Origin: Ginkgo biloba
Lineage: Eukaryota > Plantae > Ginkgophyta
NCBI GenBank assembly: GCA_024626585.2
Contig: JANKJI020000004.1
Span: 80,897,730 to 80,917,546 of the forward strand
Length of the DNA stretch: 19,817 nucleotides
Reading direction: 5' to 3'
Below the pieces are notes generated by a model. It had not been told where the DNA came from and made no database searches. It saw only the letters and a program-made list of their open reading frames with translations. Each line of letters begins with the position of its first letter. Positions within the stretch are counted from its first letter, which is position 1. The position numbers and the translations under genes are program-made. Shown one piece after another: positions 11,631-19,817 of the stretch.

Positions 11631-12190
11631 AACCCCTATTTCCCATTACTTTGAGGTTGCCTACTTATCAATTCATGCACAAGTACATGATGGAAGGGGA
11701 TGAGGTGAAGGCCAAAATATTGGAAATTTTAGAGATAGAAAGGGATGGATCCCTCCAAGAATTCAGCAAACACTAAGAGCTGGTGAAAAGGTGGTTCGAT
11801 AGGAGAGCCAAAATTAAAGCCTTTAGGATTGAAGATTTGATTCTGCTATGGAATAAGTCTCATGAGAAGAAGGGGAAACATGTTAAATTTGATCCCCTCT
11901 AGATAGTCCCTTATCAGATATCATATATATTAGGGAGAAACACCTTTAGGGTGAAGGACCTATAAGGGAATGATCTGCCTTTACTAGTTAATGGCCAATA
12001 TCTAAAGCATTACTTCATAATTATGTTGTCCTCCACACTATCAAAATGATAAGGGAAGTAAGTAGGAGTAGGGTAAATTAGCTAAATTTATTTATTTATT
12101 TTATTATCTAGTTAGCTTCCTTATTTTCTTGTTGTAGTTTCAATACTCCCAAGTTATTAGGATAGTTTTGGTTTTCATAAAATAGTGTTT
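11631..12190 (+). mobile_element. Second fragment of the Tat/Ogre-like gypsy integrase C-terminus plus 3' non-coding start
   Basis: Colinear with 415-972. Translation: PLFPITLRLPTYQFMHKYMMEGDEVKAKILEILE...KH*ELVKRWFDRRAKIKAFRIEDLILLWNKSHEKKGKHVKFDPL*IVPYQ...NTFRVKDL*GNDLPLLVNGQYLKHYF. Confidence 0.9.
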
Positions 12191-13752
12191 TTCTTCCAAT
12201 AAGAGAGAGAATTATTTTGAAATAGAGCTCTAACCAATGAAGGTATCCAAATGGCTAGCGGTTAAAGGAAGCTCCTATGCTCTTTGGCGTTGAGATTCAA
12301 TTTTTAAGGGTGAGCTTATTTGTCATAGGGGAATGCTTTGGTTGAAGATGATATTCATTCCTGACATAGATTGAGGATCGACCTTGAAATTATGNNNNNN
12401 NNNNNNNNNNNNNNNNNNNNNNNNNNNNNNNNNNNNNNNNNNNNNNNNNNNNNNNNNNNNNNNNNNNNNNNNNNNNNNNNNNNNNNNNNNNNNNAAATAT
12501 TCATTCTACATACCATCCCACCTAGAATAGATTTATTATTTGGGAAATAGGGGAGTCACCCCATCATAATGGAGGAAGTTTATTCTTCCGACCATTATCA
12601 TCTTTATGATGCCACTTCACATGTAGTTTTGATTATTCATCATCAGCAATACACAAAATCCCTATCAATGCCACTTCATGGGTGATTCCATAAGAATATA
12701 ACATAATTAGGATACATTTCATGCTATTGCTCCCTCATCAACTTTCTAAGATGGATAGCATCCCTTACTCACTACATCTACCAATCTATAATAGAGTAGA
12801 AATTTAATCCTATAACAATTGTTCATTCTTTTATCCATATGCCACAATCATAATTTAAATAAAGAAACTTAAAGGAATAGAAACATACCTAAAGCTTATA
12901 GTTTTCAAATAAATAAGAATGTAAAATCCAATAGCTTGAGGGCATACTAATAATATCCTATTCAAATTTTTAACATTTTAAAGTTTAGCTAATGCCAATG
13001 GTCCAATACCAATGTTATATTGTAAGTAAACCTAGGAGATCACAATGTATCATTAAAGGGAAGTTCCTCACATCTAGAGAACTAGCAAGCCACTAGTTTT
13101 TCCCTTGGCATGGGTTATAGGGGTATAATAGGATATTTGATAAATATTGTGCACCATAAGCATTCATAAATGAATGGTTAGTTGGCTAATTCACATTACA
13201 ACATTTATGCTAATAATGCAAGCCCCCAACATCTATCTATCTTAATTGTGTATCTTGGAGAGTGCTACAAACTACGCTTATAAGATAGTAATTCACTTTT
13301 TCCACTTCTGAGCCATTCTAATCACACAATTACAACCATGGCTAGACATATAAAATTCTTAGAATCTCCTTTGATTCCTTCTTATTTGCATATAATCATA
13401 AGAGTACTCTCAAGAAAACAAAGAATATTATGATTGTAATTTTGATAAACAAAGACACTATAAGGTGAGTTTGTGAATATATCCCCTAATATTATGAGTA
13501 ATTACATGTTAGCCTCTTTGTACTTCTAAAGGGAGGAAGAATTTTGAAGGAGCTTAAAAGTTGTCATCTTTGTCAAGGGCTCTCCTTTGCACGTAAGGGG
13601 TTAAGCTAAATTCTTTCTTTGGAGGATCATATGCAGATAAATACATAAGTTTGCAACATATATTGCAAGAGGAGTAAAAAACAATTAAAACATCCATTTA
13701 AACAAAGTCAACAACAATTGGTTCATTAATCAAATTTTCATGACACTTGCAA

Positions 13753-13803
13753 CACTACAAAGAAAAATAAAAAATTACACCCACTAATCATTTAGATGGG
13801 TGC
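13753..13803 (+). mobile_element. Possible CACTA (En/Spm) terminal inverted repeat with a subterminal inverted motif
   Basis: CACTACAAAGAAAAA at 13753 resembles the En/Spm TIR CACTACAAGAAAA. CACCCA-CTAATCATTTAGA-TGGGTG, an inverted repeat, follows about 25 bp later. No partner TIR was seen in the window. Confidence 0.35.
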
Positions 13804-14267
13804 ATACAACTTTTTAACATGAGACCTACCATTGAGCACAAAAGAGCACTCATATAAATGTGAGTAACCAAGGGGCACACCTCCTCACATCATTAATTAT
13901 CTCACACAAACAAATGAAAAATATCAAACAGGTATAATTTGATATGAAATAACTTATGAACTTAATGAGAGCATTATGAAAGAAATGAGAAACATTGAAA
14001 AAATCTTGAATATTCCTTCCAAGAAAAGTTAAAAGTATAGTGTTTTAAAATAATAATGCATACCACATGCATTCTTTTAAATATCATTTTTTTAATGTTT
14101 TTCTCTTTTTGCATGACTTTTTTTTTNNNNNNNNNNNNNNNNNNNNNNNNNNNNNNNNNNNNNNNNNNNNNNNNNNNNNNNNNNNNNNNNNNNNNNNNNN
14201 NNNNNNNNNNNNNNNNNNNNNNNNNNTAATTCTTCTTATCTAATTTTCTATTTCTCCTTTTTCTATG

Positions 14268-14590
14268 AGGATAAAAATCTATGGTTTTATAGTTATTTCT
14301 AAATTTATTGATGTGTTAGTGGGTTGAAAGATAAAAATATATGGTTTTCCATTTATAAATTATTGAGTTTGTTATTATACTAATTAGTTTAAGGATGGTG
14401 AAAAAGTTAATAAGGAGAACCAATAAGTGTAGCACACCATGGAAAATGAAATTGTTTATTGGTACTTTACCTCTAAAAATATAAAGACATATATTATAGT
14501 GATTATGAAGTTTTTTAATGTGTTAATGGGATGGAGGATGGTGGAAGAAGTTAATAGATAAAATAAATAAGGGGAATTTATCATGGAAAG
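14268..14590. repeat. Degenerate local direct duplications in AT-rich DNA
   Basis: GATAAAAAT(C/A)TATGGTTTT occurs at ~14270 and ~14330. AGGATGGTG.AA.AAGTTAATA...CATGGAAA occurs at ~14392 and ~14536. ATGTGTTA.TGGG.TG.A.GAT occurs at ~14311 and ~14518. Confidence 0.5.
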
Positions 14591-14594
14591 GGGA

Positions 14595-15345
14595 AAACAT
14601 TAATTATATAAAAAGCTAAGAAAGCATGAATTTTAGGATATTGAGATACATTATTTAGGACATATTGTCTTGGATATAGGTATGGTGGTTGATCATGATA
14701 AATTAAATTAAATTATGGATTGGATTTAGTCTCAATTGATGATTAAGATAAGGATTTTCTATATGAGAAGTTTGTAAAATAGTTATAATAGATAGACCTA
14801 TGTACTTCTTACATAATAAGGACACAAATATTATCTAGATAGTAAAATGTGAGAAAATATTTCAAAAATAAAAAATATTATTGATATCCACCCTAATTAT
14901 ATTTCTTCAATATGGTGACAACCCCTTTTATGATATGCATAAATGTGAGTATGGATGGCATAGGGAAAGTCCTGATGAAAAATAAAAGGGTAGTGGGTTA
15001 TGAGAGTAGGAAACTAAATAGACATGCATTAAATTACCCTACCTATGATTCATATCTAGTAGTCTAGTAGGTCATTAGTTTAAGAAGTACATATGTATAA
15101 AGTAGAACCCTAAGTTTTTCTTAAATAGAGTGTCCAAGGTATCAAANNNNNNNNNNNNNNNNNNNNNNNNNNNNNNNTAATATATATCAATGCAAATGGA
15201 TGGAAATCCTCTATGATTTTGATATAGATATTAAATATTTAAAAGTGAAGTAAAATAAGATAGCTAATGCACTTAATTATCATAGGTGCATGCCATCCAT
15301 CACATTAGTGATGACTAATGTAGTGATCCTAATTAAATAGTGCTC
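14595..15345 (+). mobile_element. Degenerate Ty3/gypsy (Tekay/Del-like) RT C-terminus plus RNase H fragment
   Basis: Reads KH*LYKKLRKHEF*DIEIHYLGHIV...VDHDK...IMDW, then YESRKL (14999), NYPTYD (15032) and WMEILYDFDIDIKYLK...NKIANAL. Colinear with 15865-16605. Confidence 0.8.
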
Positions 15346-15394
15346 TCCTATAGATCCTAATGTATAAGGTGTGGTAGAGAGACATTTTCATCTC

Positions 15395-17385
15395 TAAGAG
15401 ATGATAGATAAGTGAACATTAGGCCACATGTATCTCCTTTGATACCCCCATTAATATTATTAAGCATAAGGTAGGTACCCTTCATCTATGTTGATTATAG
15501 GAAGTTAAATAAAGTAACTATTAGGAATAAGTATTATCTACCCTATATTGATAATGTATTTCAATAGTTAAGGGTATCCAAGTACTTTTAAAAATTAATT
15601 TGAGGTTAGTATTCCATAAGATTAGAATTAAATAAGAAGATATTTTCAAGACAACTTTCAAGACCAAGTATGGTCACTTTGATTTTATCTTCCTTTCTTT
15701 TAGACTAGTGAATTCCCTAGATACATCCATGTCATTAATGAATCGGATTTTTCAACAGTATTTAGATAAATTTATCATAATGTTCCTATATTATATATTA
15801 CCTTATTATAATATGAAGGAGGAATATATAGAGAATCTAAGAGTGGCTTTAGGTACTTTGAGGAAATATTAATTGTATATAAAGATAAGTAAGTGTTAAT
15901 TTTGGAAGACTGAGATACATTATTTACACCACATTATTTTGGAAACAGGTGTGGAATTTGATACTAATGAAGAAAAATAAATATTGGATTGGCAGCATCC
16001 TTGGTTAGTGGATTTTCCTAGGCCTAGCTAGCTATTACTGAAATTTTGTAAAATACTTATCTCTGCTTGTTATACCTATGTCCTCCTTATAAAATAAGGA
16101 GACAAAGTTTTTTGAGATAGATAAATATAATTAAATATTTAAAAAATTAAAAACATTATTAATAATTGCACCAATTTTATGCCTATATGGTTATAACCTA
16201 TTTATGGTGTTCACAAATGTGAGTATGAATGGAATAGGTTTAATCCTAATGTAGAATGCAAAGGTAGTAGATTATCATAATAGAAAACTCAAGATCTATA
16301 AATTAAATTACCTTACCCATGATTTAGAGTTAGTATATATAGTCTGTGCCCTTAAATCATGGCATCATTACCTATAAGGATCCTTATTTGAGCTTCATAC
16401 TAATTATGATTTTTTAAAATATATTTTTACTTAGCACCAAATTAATGTATAATAATGTATATCAATGGAACTCCTCTATGAATTTGACATAGATATTAAA
16501 TATTTGAAAGGAAAGGAAAATAAGGTAGATAATACACTTAGTTGATAGAGATATGTGATATCCATCATGTTGATGAATGAGGTAGAGGAATTAATTAAAT
16601 AATACTTTCAATGAAAGTTACAAATGGAATTCCATATGTCCTCTATTCATGTTATTTCTAAAGATGGGATCCTTCAAGTTTACAATAAATTACATGTACC
16701 AAAAGTAGGAAAGATCCCAAAAATATTATCTTATGAATCCCATCATGTCCCAACATCATAACATCCTAGTTGTCATAATATATACATGTAGCTATAGACT
16801 TATTACTTCTATCCCAAGATGAATAATATTGTGATTAAATATATAGTGTGATGCCTTCAATGCTAGAAAGTAAAATCACTTCATCAACACTAAATAAGAT
16901 TGTTTGAACCCTTAGAAATTTTAAAAAGGAAATGTAAACATACAATGATGGATTTTGTGATAGGACTATCTTGTAAGNNNNNNNNNNNNNNNNNNNNNNN
17001 NNNNNNNNNNNNNNNTACATTAATAAAATCAGTACACTTCATGGGATTTGATACTAAATTTTTGGTGGACAAGAGAATAGTTATCTTTATGAGGGAAATT
17101 ATGCATTTACACAAGTTTCTATAAAGCATTATATCAAATTGAGATTCTAATTTCACCTCTCAATTTTAGAAATGAATGTTTGGTGCATTCAAAATATAAT
17201 CAATATTCATCATAGCTTATCATCCNNNNNNNNNNNNNNNNNNNNNNNNNNNNNNNNNNNNCAAATTCTAAAGCAAATGCTAATAATGTGTGTGATATAT
17301 AAACTAAAATGTTGAGAGGATTATTTTCACTTGGTTGAATCTTCTTGCAACAATATAGAGCATACATCACTTGTAGTAGCCCTGG
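15395..17385 (+). mobile_element. Degenerate Ty3/gypsy chromovirus-type (Tekay/Del-like) pol: RT - RNase H - integrase (HHCC + core)
   Basis: RT: IRPHVSP, VDYRKLNKVTIRNKYYLP (15490), EDIFKTTFKTKYGHFDF, MNRIFQQYLDKFIIMFLYYI (catalytic DD changed to YY within 15783-15794). RNase H: NYLTHDLEL...ALKSWHHYL (16306), GKENKVDNTLS. Zn finger H..H..CLQC (16741-16863). Integrase: PLEI...MDFVIGL, IKSVHF, EIMHLH, DSNFTSQF, AYHP. The RT-RH-IN order is diagnostic of gypsy. Many stops and frameshifts. Confidence 0.92.
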
Positions 17386-17765
17386 GAGGATTGCCTACTT
17401 AATTAAATTAAATTATGATGGTCTTTTTTAATAATAATTTTAAAAGAATTATCATAATTAAAAATATAAAGGATTATAAAATATAAAGAAATGGCAACAC
17501 CTTCTACCAAGAGGTATGAGGTGAATTTACCTCCCCTAATAGATTTATCCTTAAGAATAAGAATATATTGATTAATGATTGAATGAGAAGTATTTAGGCA
17601 TTTATATATTTAAAATATCAAACTTTCAAATATAAAGAGGTACCCCTTTATTATAATTATAATCTNNNNNNNNNNNNNNNNNNNNNNNNNNNNNNNNNNN
17701 NNNNNNNNNNNNNNNNNNNNNNNNNNNNNNNNNNNNNNNNNNNNNNNNNNNNNNNNNNNNNNNNN

Positions 17766-18990
17766 GGACCTGTTTGCCCACTTCAAGAGCTGAGAGACTG
17801 GCACATGCACTTACAGAACTGGCAAAGGTAAACTGGTTTGCCTTCATGCCTTCATGATGCATTTGTATGAAGAATTGAAGAGCCTCTTTGTCTTGCCCAT
17901 TCTGCACATATCCTGATAGCATTGCAGTCCAGGAAACTACATTCCGCTCAGGTATTTTATCAAACCATTGCCTTGCCTCCTTTGTGCATCCAAATTTGGA
18001 ATACATGTCAACAAGAGCAGTACCAACAGAAACATCTAATTCGAACCCAGATCTGATGATGTTGGCATGGACCTGCCTGCCCTCTCTCATAGCTGATAGG
18101 TTGCCACATGCTCTGAGAACACTGGAAAGAGTATAATGGTTCGGCTTCACGTCTGACTGTTGCATTTGAAGAAAGAGTTCTAGAGCCAAGTCGCAATATC
18201 CATTCTGCACATACCCTGAAATCATAGTAGTCCATAATACCAGATCCAGTTTAGGTATTCTGTCAAACAACCGACTTGCATCTTCTATGCTCCCACATTT
18301 AGCATATGTATCAACGAGAACACTCTCTACCATTGTATTGGTATCATATCGAGTTCTGGTAATATGGGCATGTACTTGCTTTCCTAGATCCAAATCTCTC
18401 AAGATCGCACAAGCCCTGAGAACATTTACAAAGGTGAACTGGTTGGGCTTGATGCCTGCCTGTTGCATCTGGCGAAAGAGTTTCAGAGCTTCCTGGCCAC
18501 AACCATTCTGGACATATCCTGAAATTGCAGCAGTCCACAAGACCACGTCTATTCGAGGCATGCTAACAAATACCTTGTGGGCGTCCTCCATAATCCCGCA
18601 TTTGGCATACATGTCAACGAGGCTACTCCCCACAGAGACATCAGACTCCAGTCCAACCTCAATAACGAGGGCATGGATTTGCTTACCCCGTTGTAGAGCT
18701 GCTAATCTACCACATGCATTGAGAAGACTGGCAAAGGTGAACTGGTTCGGCTTCATGCCTGCTTGTTGCATTGAGCCTAAGAGTTCAACAGCGTTCTCTC
18801 CATGCGCATTTTGTGCATATCCTACAATCATCGCAGTCCACAAAACGGCATCTGGTTTTGGCGTTTCGTCAAATACTTGCCGAGCATCTTCTATGCTACC
18901 ACATTTGGCATACATATCAACAAGGACACTCCCCACAAAGATATTTGATTCAAAACCAGTTTTGACAATGAGCACATGAACAAGCTTGTC
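17766..18990 (-). CDS. PLS-class pentatricopeptide repeat (PPR) protein, open portion; 3' end (expected E/E+/DYW) lost in gap
   Basis: About 408 stop-free codons with four regular 101-aa S-P-L triplets (LVDMYAKCG.IEDA..VFD / WTAMI.GY.QNG...AL.LF.QMQQ.G.KPN / QFTF..VL.AC..L..L..GKQVH). The first in-frame ATG is at 18915. The frame runs into the 100-N gap at 17765. Confidence 0.9.
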
Positions 18991-19344
18991 TTATTCCAGA
19001 TCTGCTAGGCTAGGGCATGCTTGAAGAACACCAATGAAAGTGAATTGGTTTGGTTTCATGTGTACTTATTGCATTTGGTGAAAGACTTTTAGGGCTTCTT
19101 CAATATCACCATCTTGTGCATACCTTGCGATCATGAAAGTCCATGAGATGACATTTTGCTCATACATTTTGTCAAACACGTGATGCCCATCCTCAATTTG
19201 CCTTCATTTAACATACAGGTTGAGAAGGTTGTTCCACATAATGATATCTAGCTCAAATTATACTTTAAGGATGTGGGCATGGACCTATTTACCTTCTGTC
19301 ATTGCTCTAGTGTCAATACACCACTGTAACATACTGTAGAGATC
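18991..19344 (-). pseudogene. Decayed in-frame N-terminal PPR motifs (L-S-P-L) of the same gene
   Basis: Same frame: DLYSMLQWCIDTRAMTEGK*VHAHILKV*FELDIIMWNNLLNLYVK*RQIEDGHHVFDKMYEQNVISWTFMIARYAQDGDIEEALKVFHQMQ*VHMKPNQFTFIGVLQACPSLADLE*. Stops at 19285-87, 19258-60, 19204-06, 19066-68 and 18991-93, with no frameshift. Confidence 0.88.
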
Positions 19345-19817
19345 ATAGCCAGGGTTGCAAGAAACCATGTTGACTCCCTCTTCATTTGGTTTTGTTGTGG
19401 CAACATTGGTGTTAGGGTAGGTTCTACAACATATATCTCTGGAATTGTACTGATACCTAGCGAATAATTGTATACGAGTTCATAATACATTAAGTTCCTA
19501 ATCATAGGTGTAGCTTAAACAATACCAAAAAAAAATAGAAGTACAACAGAACTAAGTACCTTGCAATAGGAGATATTTGTTTTAGGAGCCAAACACCCAT
19601 GTCAATAATTATGTGTAGTCCAATCTAGTTGAAGTAATGAATAAATAGTGGGTAGTCTCAATACAGCCATAGCAATATATGTGTCAATTCAACCTGTTCT
19701 AAACCCATACATTCATGGACTAGAAACTATGGAAACCAATCTAAAGTGATTTTTTGCGAAGGATAATGTTGTATTGTAATGTGTGTAATAAAAGTAGATT
19801 GGTAGCTATAGTGAAGG

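Larger units (their letters stand above)
1727..17765. other. Assembly gaps: nine runs of exactly 100 N plus shorter N runs
   Basis: 100-N runs start at 1727, 4622, 5814, 7130, 9638, 11221, 12395, 14127 and 17666. Exactly 100 N is the usual convention for a gap of unknown size. Confidence 0.9.

Noticed and set aside
415-12190. The two integrase-end copies, or repeat copies A and C, as the paired LTRs of one element
   Set aside because: The first pair is coding sequence. The second pair lacks visible TG...CA ends, a PBS or intervening gag-pol, and is separated by unsized gaps.
17626-17765. C-terminus DYNYNKGVPLYI of the 449-aa ORF call
   Set aside because: It arises from reading through a 100-N gap into AT-rich non-coding DNA. 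It is not an E/DYW domain.
18287-18979. 230-aa + strand ORF (also 17888-18136, 18771-18965 and the alternative-frame minus ORFs)
   Set aside because: These are antisense or alternative-frame shadows of the PPR repeats, with the same 303-bp periodicity and no independent protein features.
18991-19287. PPR stop codons rescued by U-to-C RNA editing
   Set aside because: Three stops look like CAA/CAG>TAA/TAG, but TGA at 19204-06 replaces a Cys codon and TAA at 19258-60 sits at a usual Gly position. Plant U-to-C editing is known from organellar, not nuclear, transcripts. Ordinary mutational decay explains the stops.
19299-19505. 68-aa minus-strand ORF as the PPR N-terminus or transit peptide
   Set aside because: It is in a different frame from the PPR motifs, ends in a stop, and has no clear transit-peptide character.

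Overview
Fragmented, AT-rich land-plant nuclear DNA, probably gymnosperm-like; this is an inference from the style of the PLS-PPR repeats and retroelements. It is broken by nine 100-N gaps and several shorter N runs, so adjacency across gaps is uncertain. Most recognisable sequence is decayed LTR retrotransposon: two copies of a Tat/Ogre-type Ty3/gypsy integrase end (1-972, 11631-12190), a probable Copia-type LTR end with an iMet-like PBS (~973-1161), and a chromovirus (Tekay/Del-like) pol relic preceded by a second RT-RNaseH copy (14595-17385). The only host gene is a minus-strand PLS-class PPR gene (17766-~19344). Its 5' ~360 bp carry five in-frame stops, the next ~1.2 kb is open, and the C-terminus is lost in a gap. 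The most striking unexplained structure is a non-coding higher-order repeat (7300-11220, two near-complete copies and one partial). Each long copy holds 12 regularly interspaced (~105 bp period) ~26-bp palindromes centred on CACGTG or its CpG-deamination products, separated by mutually dissimilar spacers. The partial copy has lost exactly one repeat+spacer unit. No cas genes, rRNA or tRNA genes were recognised.
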